Shown here: one piece after another, positions 29,801-38,065 of the stretch | Numbering within the stretch: the stretch's first letter is position 1 | Layout: the number at the start of each line of letters is the position of its first letter | Source of the DNA: Polyangiaceae bacterium | GTDB lineage: Bacteria; Myxococcota_A; Polyangia; Polyangiales; Polyangiaceae | NCBI GenBank assembly: GCA_033763455.1 | Contig: JANRKO010000006.1 | Coordinates: 448,001 to 512,000 of the forward strand | DNA length: 64,000 nucleotides | Reading direction: 5' to 3' | Made by a program: the position numbers and the translations under genes | Notes under the pieces: generated by a model | Told to the model about the DNA's origin: nothing | The model's database searches: none | What the model saw: only the letters and a program-made list of their open reading frames with translations

Positions 29801-30228
29801 ATGGAAAGCTACAGGTTATTGATCCTGTCGCCAAGCGACTTAAAGAAGCATTCCCGGCGCATTCCGACTGGATCTTGGCGGTCGATGTAGCTCTGGATGG
29901 TTCGCGAATCCTGAGTGCCGGGGCAGATGGTCGTGTGCGCCTGTGGGACGCACGGACGTTGGAGTCCCTTCAGGTCCTGAGCCCTCATCCTGGACGCGTA
30001 TTTGCCGCGGCATTCTCGGCGGATGGGCGCTTGGTTGCGTCAGCTGGAGAGGGGAACACAGTGTTCGTCTGGGCTGCCAACAAAGGCGAGCTTTTGGCTA
30101 TACTGGCGGATCATCAGGGGCCGGTGCGCGCCGTGCGATTTGCCGCCGGAAAGCCCATTCTGGCGTCCGCGAGCGATGACGGAACCGTGCGGCTCTGGGA
30201 TTTGTCGAGTATTCCTGACCGGCGGTGA
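26824..30228 (+). CDS. Ser/Thr protein kinase with TM segment and WD40 repeats
   Basis: GRGGIG, VAVK, HRDIKPEN, DWG, GTPSYMSPE; TM AAFAVAIAGTVSLLTFAVVY; many WD repeats (FSPDGRFLATGSSDRTARVW). Start uncertain. Confidence 0.93.
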   Translation: MGSFKDRTEAARAGALDTEPPRKRDEQARVTLRFEHGPTAPRVSPDVALAPRGEARATLPVGSPAGVSTKRSPEPSATLPVPETFLELGISAPVEIQILEQGASSPDSLTPEHPQRYVSSFEVGRGGIGRVFIASDRHLNRSVAVKELLLARNAVGNWRRQTELRFIREARITGQLEHPNIIGVHELGKRADGSLYYTMPVIQGRTLAKAIEECTTLVERLALMQHFRGACQAVAYAHSRGVIHRDIKPENVMIGQFGETIVLDWGLAKVTQPEPAASSAGEEDRMSLSGRAISLSPPERELDPVKGEGNALTLAGTVFGTPSYMSPEQALGQIDELDERTDVWSLGAVLFTMLSGYPPFDGSDPQQILRRVLTAPVPDLEVLEPEVPPELVAIVRKALCRDLAVRYATASELLAEVEAYLSGARVRAYRYSWWESASRWISRNRAAFAVAIAGTVSLLTFAVVYQVKLLKARDEALLAEKTAQSSAHSAAESARKAQLSLASLLVEKASNQVRAGDAATARDLARQALAIEESPLARGIYVSTSNVPLAVLEVSGHFSETCSVVSIDRTGESVACLSGARVALWSAPTGRLRWQAALAVNEPVSVYALDRGRVLVVARGGELEVLDGEKVQHLAPIPRTFGSPLRTALSPDAAALAIVTSQQKLLLLDLTRGTLDKKPDPQEEVSTLSFSRDGSTLALGGKRGGLVLLPLGTGESRHFTPHSGSVVALSFSPDGRFLATGSSDRTARVWNLKSLEEVSKSFIGDGAINAVDWSADSRTLVFGGEDRGVRVVDLRESAFGLTLPLAEGAVRAVQALEDGARVVSVTERMFRVWRRRAPKFPTRLVQSSNILSLSFDRTGDVLAAGLRETGICAFDLQQSRCSTRLPVELSEVRTLSFEPKRRWLAAGGTGGDTMLWDLNTKLPIRVLPGNAGGTRGSAFSADGRYLATVGKSGALSVFEPASGAVAFAAEVPSGLSSVVWSSAQHGFVVGRLDGKLQVIDPVAKRLKEAFPAHSDWILAVDVALDGSRILSAGADGRVRLWDARTLESLQVLSPHPGRVFAAAFSADGRLVASAGEGNTVFVWAANKGELLAILADHQGPVRAVRFAAGKPILASASDDGTVRLWDLSSIPDRR

Positions 30229-30248
30229 TCCGGTGGCATAGATGTTGA

Positions 30249-30692
30249 CCTGGATTTTAACAGGCGGCCGGAGATCGATCCGGCTCCGTGCCCACGCAAG
30301 GGCACGCCACTTTGAGAAGTCTGGGGCGGGCGCGGCGCTCGATTTTCTGAGGCGAGGCGCCCGCGAGGGCTCAGCTGTTTGAAGAATTGGCAAGGCTTCG
30401 CCTCGCCTCAGAAAAACGAGCCAGTTTGAAGAGCGACAGGGAAAACGGCGTGGGCCGGGCCGTCCGGCGGTGCAGACGACGAGCGCTGTGGGCCGTTGGC
30501 GCGCTCAGTGTTCGCCAGCCACTTGATGACTGTGGAGTGATAACACGCGCTATCCGCGCGAAAGAAGAGCTCTGTGATAGTCGGCGGAAGTGAGCGAAAG
30601 GCTTGCGCAATGGGCGGCAGATTGCGCATCTCTGCGGGGACATTCCCACCGCGGTACTCATCACCAACCACCAAGTCTTGTTCTGCCCAGTA
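30249..30692 (-). mobile_element. Internally deleted IS1380-family remnant (transposase fragment plus probable right end)
   Basis: Minus-strand WAEQDLVVGDEYRGGNVPA...FFRADSACY resembles the IS1380 DDE region; CCTGGATT-type terminus at 30249. No left end or intact ORF. Confidence 0.7.
30337..30421. repeat. 23-bp inverted repeat (22/23 match)
   Basis: GCTCGATTTTCTGAGGCGAGGCG 30337-30359 / CGCCTCGCCTCAGAAAAACGAGC 30399-30421. Confidence 0.9.
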
Positions 30693-30767
30693 CTTTGGTC
30701 GCGGTCTACCTGTAATCCTCTTAGGTTAACTACAACATATCCACCATCCCCGTAAATCCCCAATAGG

Positions 30768-30844
30768 GCTCGTTTTTGGGATCGGGCATTTGCGACGTAG
30801 GCGCCGCCCCTTCCGCCCTAGTTATGCCAATCCCAAAAACGAGC
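30768..30844. repeat. 15-bp perfect inverted repeat, REP/MITE-like
   Basis: GCTCGTTTTTGGGAT 30768-30782 / ATCCCAAAAACGAGC 30830-30844, extendable inward by GGCAT/ATGCC. Confidence 0.88.
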
Positions 30845-30920
30845 AGCCGCGCGGCCCGAGGCCTTTCTGGCTGCCAGCCATAGCTGCGGTGCGGAGCTGC
30901 CAGGCACCCAGCCCCGCCCG

Positions 30921-30977
30921 CGTCTCCCGCCAGGGAGACGTTTGGCGAGGGGCAAGCTGCCGCGACGAGCGGCAGCT
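30921..30977. terminator. Two GC-rich hairpins between convergent genes, possibly terminators
   Basis: CGTCTCCC-gcca-GGGAGACG(TTT) 30921-30940; AGCTGCCGC-gacga-GCGGCAGCT 30955-30977. Confidence 0.4.
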
Positions 30978-31024
30978 GGGGAGGGCATCCAACCAATTCG
31001 GTGACGCCCACTGGATCAGGGCCC

Positions 31025-34000
31025 TCAGGGCTCCATCGCCACGCCGAGATCGAAGCGCGTCTTCAAGTAGAGGTCGCTCACCGAGAACATCATGAGCTCC
31101 CGGAAGCGGTCGCTAGCTGAAACGCTGCTTACCGATTCGTCTGAAGCGCGAATGATCTCAGTGGCGGAGTGCAGCTCGTCGGAAAGCAGGAACCCAATCC
31201 GATCCGCGGTAAGATCCACACCAGCGACCCAATTCTTGAGGTCGAGAGAGCCGCCCGATTGCAGCAGCTTATTCACGACGCGCGTCAGCTGGTCGCGCGC
31301 TGGCCCACGAAGGCCCGCTTCAAGCGCGGCCTGGGCCTCGTTCACGGCTCCTTCAAGATCAGGGGCAATGGGAAACTTTGGCGCGATCAAGCGGATAGCG
31401 GCAAACAACCAAGCCTTCAACCCAGTGCCCGTGGGCACGAGTTGGCGTACGTACAAGCCAGGCCGGAAAAACGTGAGGTGCCGAGCGGCGATGAAAGCTG
31501 CTGGCTGCGAGGGAAGCTCGGCCGCGAGCGCTGCTGAGCCCAACACGATGGAAGGCTGAAGTGCGTGCAAGAAGAGCATGCCACCGGGTTCGTTCGGGTT
31601 TTCAAAGGTTGGCGGGGGCGCCATGCCGAGCACACTGGCCGCGTACATGAGGTTTTGGCTGAGGCTGGCGGGATGGCTTGCGAGATCCACTGCGTGGCTC
31701 GCATCGTACCCTAGTTGGCTGAAGTGGCTCCCGCGCCGCGCTACAATGGCCGGCTCAATGAGGGCAAAGACGCTTGTGAGCAATGGGTCGGCCTTTGGAT
31801 GCATCAAGTCGAACCAATCGGTGTCACCGAGGGCGCGTTGCGCCGCGATCGCGCTTTCGCTCTTCATACGATGGTAGAAGCGCTCTTCGTCCGCGTCCGC
31901 GAAATTCAGAACCGTGAGCGCTTGGCACAAGCACCACGTGGCGTCGGGGTGTTTGGCCCGCGTGTAGAGTCGGCAAAGCGCTTTGTAGGATTCTTGGCGC
32001 AGCGGCTCGTCCACCAAGATTTGCGCGTGGCATTCGCGGGCTTTCTGGAAGTATTTGTCCAGATCGGTCGCGTAAAGCTCGCTCAAGCTCAGCAAAAGTT
32101 CGCGATTGTCGGGCGCTAGGGTACGCGCGGCCTCAAGGGCATCAATGGCCTTGCCGATGTCTTTGAGCTTGTGTTGGTAGAGGTCACCGAGTTCGAGCAA
32201 GGTGGCGAGCATGCCGGCGTGGTCGTCTGCTTGCGCTTTGAAGCGCCGCTTGAGCAAGCGCTCGATCTTCACCGTGTCGTCGGCGGCTTGGTATATAGCC
32301 AGCGCCTCCTGCTCGGAACGTTTGAGTTCCGGGTCGAGCGCCATGACTTGCTCATAGAGCGAAATTGCGCGTTCTGGGTCGGCCAGCTCCTTGTGTACCA
32401 CAATCGCAGCCGTCTGCAGGTACTTGGCCTTCTGCTTTGCGTCATCCACGAAACCCGCAAGCCGGAGCACGATATCCACCAGCTTCTCCCAGTCTTTCTC
32501 CTCGCTGTAGAGCTGCATCAGCTTGGTGAGCAGGCGCCTATCATCTGGGCGTTCCTCCAATGCCGCCACCAAAAGCCCGGTCGCCCGCGGCCGATCTGAA
32601 AGCTTGGACGCCGCGATGTCCCCGATGTGTGTCAAAAGGTCGGTGCGCGCATCGCCCGAAAGCAGATCGAGTTGGCGGCTGCGGATACGAATGGCCGCTT
32701 CCCAATCACCCAACTCTTCAAGGGCTTTGCCCCACGCTTCCAGCACTTTAACGTTGGCGTAGTCGAGATCGGCCGCTTTTGCGAAGGAGCTTGCCGCGTC
32801 TTGGGCACGCCCTTCGCGGCTGAGAGAGAGGCCGTAGAATAGATAAGCACGGCCGAGGTTCTCCTCGCTCAACTCGTGCGGGAAGCGCTTGAAGAGGTCT
32901 TCGTAAAGCTCAATAGCTTTCTTGGAGCTACCGTGTTCGGCCGCAATTTGGGCGATCTGATTGAGAATGGCGCTATCATTCGGAGCCATTCGTCGCAGGT
33001 TATCGATGATGGGAGCGGCCTCCTCGCTCGCGTCCGTACGCCCAAGGGCATCGACGTAGCGGGTCAAGATGGTGACCGCTTCAGCTCGCGGCAGTCGGTC
33101 CGCGCGGCTCGCAATAGGCCTGTAGTAGTTGGCAGCTTCCAGGAAGCGTTCGGCGTCAAATGCGAGGTGCCCAAGTACCGCTTGCGCGCGGATGTTGTCC
33201 TTTTGAAGGCCCAGGGCTTTTTGCGCCAGGCGTTCAGCATCAACCGCATTGTTGAGTTGTGAATAGGTGAGCCAAGAGACTTCTCCGAGCACATCGGCCT
33301 TGTCCTGGTCCGAATTCTTATAGTCCAGTTGGCGTGTGAGCAGGGTGATTACCGCGTGCACGTCACCTCGTTCGGTGTAAGCGGCAGCCAAAGCTTCGCT
33401 CGCTGGGGCGAAATCGCTGGCGGCTTCGAGTGCTTGCTCCAAATATTGGATTTGCAGGTCGAGCTCGTGGCGCAACTCCATCAGCTTGGCGGCGCGCACA
33501 AACTGTTCAGCACGCGCTTTAGGGTCTGTCGCTTTGTCAGCGAGTGCCAGCACTGCCTGCAACGCTCGGTCGGAATCCCCCGAAGTTTCCTTCAATCGAG
33601 CCAGTGCCTCTAGCGCTCCCTGGTGCGTTGGGTCGAGTGCGAGCACGCGTTCATACGCGTCGCTGGCTCGGGCTTCAGCGTGAAGCTCGTCGGTTAACAT
33701 GCGCCCGAGGGCGAGCAGATGTTCGATTTGGCGAGCCGGGACGTGGCTTTGGGCAACCTGCCGCTCGTAAATGTCGGCCACATCTTCCCAGCGGTCCAAA
33801 ACCCTGTAGTGGCGTCCGAGTGCAATGAACGCCTCCTCGTTGTTGTCGTCGATCTCTAACACCTGCTCCCACAGGCTCGCGGCTTCGGCGTGGTTCAAGA
33901 ATTCTTCGTCGTAGATAGCCGCCAGCCGTTGCAAGAAGTTGAGCTTCTGGCGCGGTGTAGCGGCCAGGCCGAGCTGTGCTTTCAAGTTTTCGATGAGCTC

Positions 34001-36328
34001 GTGGTAGCGTCCAGCGCGGCTAAAAATGCGCTCCAGGCCCCTGAGCGCGTCCAGGTTCCCCGCATCTAGCCGCAGCACTTCACGGAATTGTTCGATCGCA
34101 AGATCGTCGGAGCTTAGCGCATCTTCGAATACTTCACCCAAACGCAAGAGCGTGCGGAGCTTTTCCTCCTGGGGTTGGGTGCGTGCTTGTTGGCTTAGAA
34201 GCTCAGCCAGCCGTTTGTAGTCTTTGGAGGCCTCGGCAATTCGGATGAGTGCCGAAGTAGCCGCATGGGTCGGGTCTTCTGCCGCTACCTCTTCGTACAG
34301 CGACTTAGCCGCGCCAACGTCGTTCAGTTGCACTTCGTGCACTTCGGCGCACTGGGCCTTCAGATCGCGCCGTTCGGACGGCGTGTGAGCCGCATCTGCC
34401 CAGCGGCTAAGCACTAGGGTGAGTTCTGGCCACTGCTTGGCGCGTCGATAGATCCGTGCCATTCCACCGAGAGCCGCGACATTGGCAGGGTCGGTGACGA
34501 CAACACTCTGGAAGCAACCGAGCGCGTGGTCGTCCGCCTTCACCTTGTCGAGGTACCAGGAGCCAGCACGGCACAGCAGGCGTACTTTGGCATCACCGTC
34601 CGTGGCAGGGTCGCCAACGGTCGTTGCGATGGCGGTTAGAACGTCGGTGTAGCGTCGAGCGTCGTCACCTGCGAGCTCTTCGATATGATCGGCGTAACGG
34701 CTTTCGCTGGGGGCCTCGCAGAAGGCCTGAGTGTAGGCAAAAATGGCTTGTTCCGGGTCATTCACCTCGTCCCTGTAAATCTGAGCCATCTCTGCCAAGA
34801 GGCGCGCGCGCTCGGCTGCGCTATCAGCCACTTCTACGCGCCCGAGCAACCCCTCCAACACCTCTTCATGCTTTCCGAGTTGGCGCAAAAGCTCGGAAAG
34901 AGCGGTCTGCGCGCCGGCATCTTCTGGAGCCAACTCCAAAATTGCACGGTAGGCGTGCTCAGCCCGTTGGGGGAGCTTAGCCGCGTGCGCAAACAACCGA
35001 GCAGCGCGGAACAACAAGCTCTTGGCGGCCTCCAGAGCCTTCGGATCTTGAGCGTTTTCGCGGAGGCGTCCGGCAGCCGCTAAGAACGCCTCGGCGATAC
35101 GTTCGGGATCAGCCCCGTCGTCCAGGGTTGATTCTAGGGCGAGAGCGGCATCTCGGTTTTCGGGTTCAGCGAGCAGTAGGTTGATGCGTTCAACTAGCTG
35201 ATCGTCGGTGATGATACTGCGGCGTGAGCGCGTTCGATCCAGATCGTCGAGGGCGTTTAGCACCTCGGCGGCCGAACGTAGCCGTGCCTCGGGCTTTTTG
35301 GCCAAGAGGCGCAAAATAAGCTCATCCACGTGGCTCGCCACCGAGATGGCTTTGGCTTTCGCGCTCGGCGCCGGCGGGGCCTGCTCCAGGTGTGCGAGCA
35401 GAGCTTCAAAAGCGCTCTTGCCTCCGAACACCGGTTCGCCCACGAGCGTTTGGTAAAAGATCGCTCCGAGGGCATAGACATCGCTCCGGATGTCCGACGA
35501 GAGCCCGCGGATCTGTTCGGGAGCTGTGGTGGCGAGTGAATGCGAGTACCCTCGGTTCTCGACGCTGCCGTTAATATAGTAACCAAAACCAACCAAACGG
35601 TCGAGCCCCGCGTCTAGAAGGAGTGCTTGAGGCTGATGTGCCTCGCCAAACAAAAGCACGTTCTCCGGCTTTAAATTGCCGTGGCTCAGTTGGCGCTCGT
35701 GCAACGCGCCCAGCGGGAAGGCGATGGCTCGGATCACAGCGATGGCCTCCCCGAGGTTCAGAGGGCCCGAAGCGAGCCTATCCGCCAGAGTTTGCCCTTC
35801 AACGGCCCTCTGTACGATGCAGAACCAATCGCCGAGCTTCTGGATGGCTGCAATTTTTGGCAACCCAGGCTCTTTGAGTGACCCAATGAGTCGATTGAGC
35901 GTGAGCAAACGATTCAGGCCAGAGCGATCACGAGTTGCCGAGTGGCGCAGCACTTTGACGCGAAAGCTAGCAGCGCCGTCGGTTGCCAAATACGTGTCTG
36001 CAGCAGCGCTGTGCCCGAGCTTCTTCTTAAGCAGGTAGGCACCAAGCGAAGTGCCAATCTCCGGCTCTGAGACGAGATTCGTCTTGCCTTGAACCACAGC
36101 TAAAAGCTTGGGGCTCTCGCCCGGCTTGGCGGCGAGCACTGCGTCGCATAAGGCTTCCAGGGCGTCACTCTCCGAGCAGAACCGCGTGAGGGCAGTTGCG
36201 AATGATCCCGTTGCAGACTCTCCTCCCACTACTTCCGGGGCGAGACCAAGTAGGTCCCGGCTAAGGTTCAACATCTCGTCGAGCTCGAAGAGTCGCTCAA
36301 GCTCCGCTTGAAGCGTCGAATAGGTCAT
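31025..36328 (-). CDS. Giant protein: N-terminal helical (EAD-like) domain, pseudokinase, long TPR array, AgmK-type C-terminal domain
   Basis: ATG 36328 with GAGGG RBS; kinase fold with HGNLKPEN, DAG, APE, SDVYALG; about 1100 aa of TPR-like repeats. Confidence 0.85.
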   Translation of the reverse strand: MTYSTLQAELERLFELDEMLNLSRDLLGLAPEVVGGESATGSFATALTRFCSESDALEALCDAVLAAKPGESPKLLAVVQGKTNLVSEPEIGTSLGAYLLKKKLGHSAAADTYLATDGAASFRVKVLRHSATRDRSGLNRLLTLNRLIGSLKEPGLPKIAAIQKLGDWFCIVQRAVEGQTLADRLASGPLNLGEAIAVIRAIAFPLGALHERQLSHGNLKPENVLLFGEAHQPQALLLDAGLDRLVGFGYYINGSVENRGYSHSLATTAPEQIRGLSSDIRSDVYALGAIFYQTLVGEPVFGGKSAFEALLAHLEQAPPAPSAKAKAISVASHVDELILRLLAKKPEARLRSAAEVLNALDDLDRTRSRRSIITDDQLVERINLLLAEPENRDAALALESTLDDGADPERIAEAFLAAAGRLRENAQDPKALEAAKSLLFRAARLFAHAAKLPQRAEHAYRAILELAPEDAGAQTALSELLRQLGKHEEVLEGLLGRVEVADSAAERARLLAEMAQIYRDEVNDPEQAIFAYTQAFCEAPSESRYADHIEELAGDDARRYTDVLTAIATTVGDPATDGDAKVRLLCRAGSWYLDKVKADDHALGCFQSVVVTDPANVAALGGMARIYRRAKQWPELTLVLSRWADAAHTPSERRDLKAQCAEVHEVQLNDVGAAKSLYEEVAAEDPTHAATSALIRIAEASKDYKRLAELLSQQARTQPQEEKLRTLLRLGEVFEDALSSDDLAIEQFREVLRLDAGNLDALRGLERIFSRAGRYHELIENLKAQLGLAATPRQKLNFLQRLAAIYDEEFLNHAEAASLWEQVLEIDDNNEEAFIALGRHYRVLDRWEDVADIYERQVAQSHVPARQIEHLLALGRMLTDELHAEARASDAYERVLALDPTHQGALEALARLKETSGDSDRALQAVLALADKATDPKARAEQFVRAAKLMELRHELDLQIQYLEQALEAASDFAPASEALAAAYTERGDVHAVITLLTRQLDYKNSDQDKADVLGEVSWLTYSQLNNAVDAERLAQKALGLQKDNIRAQAVLGHLAFDAERFLEAANYYRPIASRADRLPRAEAVTILTRYVDALGRTDASEEAAPIIDNLRRMAPNDSAILNQIAQIAAEHGSSKKAIELYEDLFKRFPHELSEENLGRAYLFYGLSLSREGRAQDAASSFAKAADLDYANVKVLEAWGKALEELGDWEAAIRIRSRQLDLLSGDARTDLLTHIGDIAASKLSDRPRATGLLVAALEERPDDRRLLTKLMQLYSEEKDWEKLVDIVLRLAGFVDDAKQKAKYLQTAAIVVHKELADPERAISLYEQVMALDPELKRSEQEALAIYQAADDTVKIERLLKRRFKAQADDHAGMLATLLELGDLYQHKLKDIGKAIDALEAARTLAPDNRELLLSLSELYATDLDKYFQKARECHAQILVDEPLRQESYKALCRLYTRAKHPDATWCLCQALTVLNFADADEERFYHRMKSESAIAAQRALGDTDWFDLMHPKADPLLTSVFALIEPAIVARRGSHFSQLGYDASHAVDLASHPASLSQNLMYAASVLGMAPPPTFENPNEPGGMLFLHALQPSIVLGSAALAAELPSQPAAFIAARHLTFFRPGLYVRQLVPTGTGLKAWLFAAIRLIAPKFPIAPDLEGAVNEAQAALEAGLRGPARDQLTRVVNKLLQSGGSLDLKNWVAGVDLTADRIGFLLSDELHSATEIIRASDESVSSVSASDRFRELMMFSVSDLYLKTRFDLGVAMEP

Positions 36329-36488
36329 TGTGAGAATTCCCTCTTGGGGTGCGTGGGTTTCTTCCCCGGTAGGCTGGCCGGGGGCGGCATCATACTCGAT
36401 TGTTGGCCGGTTTATCGAAATCTTGAACAAGGAGCGTTTTCCGGGTCAGGCAAAAAACTTGGCCCGCACTGGCCGGCCTTGGTACTGG

Positions 36489-36785
36489 GTGAGCGTGAAC
36501 AAGTGGCCGCTCCGTGAACGGTTTCTCCCGTTGTTCGTGGTGATTGCAGCCATCGTCGCGGTGCCGGTGATGATCTTATCGCCGTCGGGACTTCCGCGGC
36601 TCCGCCAGCTCCGCCAGGAAAAAGTGACCGCGAACGATCAGATCGCAGGTCTTGAGCGCGAAATTATCGAGCTTAAGGAGCAGGTGCGGCGCGTCAAACA
36701 CGATCCCACGGAGCTTGAGCGCGTCGCGCGTGACGAAATTGGGCTAGTTCGTCGGACGGAAGTTGTCTTCCAGTTCAGCCGCTAG
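36489..36785 (+). CDS. ftsB: Septum formation initiator FtsB/DivIC family
   Basis: Single TM, SPSG, coiled coil, LERVARDEIGLVRRTEVVF. GTG start approximate. Confidence 0.85.
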   Translation: MSVNKWPLRERFLPLFVVIAAIVAVPVMILSPSGLPRLRQLRQEKVTANDQIAGLEREIIELKEQVRRVKHDPTELERVARDEIGLVRRTEVVFQFSR

Positions 36786-36919
36786 CCTGGTCCGCCCTGG
36801 TGCCAGCGTAGGCGCCGAGGTTGATCAGCGAATGGGGCCCAGGCGAGCAAGATAGGGTATTTTTCGCCCTTGGATCCAGCGGTTCGACAGCTTGGCCGGG
36901 GCCCAGTTAGCATGTTCGG

Positions 36920-38062
36920 GTGACCGTTTCTCTCGCCCGCCGCCTGCTCCGCGGACGTGTGCTCCCCTCCACCGTGGTGGAATCCGCCTTGCTCCGCGCG
37001 TGCGCCGGAAAAGAGAGTTTGGTGCAGGTGCTCCTTGGTGAGGATGATGCGGCTATGCCTCTTGGGGCTTTTCTCGATCGGAGCGAGGCGCCCTTGATCG
37101 CCACCGTGAGAATCGTGCCAGAGCTCTTCGCGCAGCTGCCCGCGGGGATGGCTGAGCGTCTGATGGCGGTGCCGGTGCGGCGCGATCTGCGGTTGGGAAC
37201 GGTCGATGTGGCTGCGGTCGATCCAACTGACCCGCATATTGCTCAGGAATTCGCGTTTCATCTTCAAACGGCCATACGCATGCTCCGCGCGCCTTACTCG
37301 GCGTTAAGAGCCGCACTAGCTGGGTTAAGCCCGCAGTCCCTGGCGAACTCCAAGCCTCACGCTCTTGAAGTGGTGCCTGAGCTCACGCCGCCTGCGGCTC
37401 CTTACTCAGGGCCTCAGGCAAACGTAGGTTCCGAGCCGCCCGTCACCACTCGCGGAGTCCCGCCGGCACCGCAGGCTTCTTTCACGCCACCGCTTCCCAC
37501 CTTCGGGGTTCCCGAAGCAAAATCCCATCCCAGTGAACCAGCCATCCCGCTGGTGCGACGCTCGCTGCCCCCACCCGCTCGGGTGGGGCCTCCCGCGCTT
37601 CCGATCCAGACCGAGCCGCTCGCCGCAATCCGCGCTGCCCGCACTCTGCCAGAGGTGGTGGGGGCCTTGTGTCAAGCTGCATCAAACCTGGGGGCTCAGG
37701 TGATTGTTTATGCGGTGAAGGGGCAGAATTATCAAGCGCAGGGAAGCAGTGTTAAGGGCGTTGAGCTAAAAACGCTTGAGATATCAGTGCCGGCCACAAG
37801 CGTCCTCAGTGCTGCTTTGGAGCGTGGCTTCTATTTTGGTTCTCTGCCAGACACCGAGGCTCACGCTGGGCTCCGAAATGCGTTGGCGAGTACCGCCAAT
37901 TCCGAGCTTTATGCGCTCCCCATAAAGGTGGGGCAGCGGGCTGTGTTGGTGCTATTGGTGGCGGGCTTCGAGCACGCGTACGCAGTCACTCGACGTGCGG
38001 ATGCGTTGGCGCAAGTGGCCTCCCAGGTGCTCACGGAAATTGTGCGAACCGTCAAAAAGTAG
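36920..38062 (+). CDS. Hypothetical protein: T2SSE_N/MshEN-like N-domain, Pro-rich linker, GAF-like C-domain
   Basis: AERLMAVPVRRD...VDVAAVDP resembles the GspE N-terminal domain; SVLSAALERGFYFG..ALPIKVGQR is GAF-like. Confidence 0.55.
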   Translation: MTVSLARRLLRGRVLPSTVVESALLRACAGKESLVQVLLGEDDAAMPLGAFLDRSEAPLIATVRIVPELFAQLPAGMAERLMAVPVRRDLRLGTVDVAAVDPTDPHIAQEFAFHLQTAIRMLRAPYSALRAALAGLSPQSLANSKPHALEVVPELTPPAAPYSGPQANVGSEPPVTTRGVPPAPQASFTPPLPTFGVPEAKSHPSEPAIPLVRRSLPPPARVGPPALPIQTEPLAAIRAARTLPEVVGALCQAASNLGAQVIVYAVKGQNYQAQGSSVKGVELKTLEISVPATSVLSAALERGFYFGSLPDTEAHAGLRNALASTANSELYALPIKVGQRAVLVLLVAGFEHAYAVTRRADALAQVASQVLTEIVRTVKK

Positions 38063-38065
38063 AAA

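Noticed and set aside
30700..30735. Integron attC-like site near GGTTAAC
   Set aside because: No paired R''/R' boxes with L-box structure, no cassette array and no integrase.
36330..36488. Head-to-head overlap of ftsB and the TPR gene as drawn in the ORF track
   Set aside because: Both ORFs have better downstream starts; the interval is a divergent promoter region.
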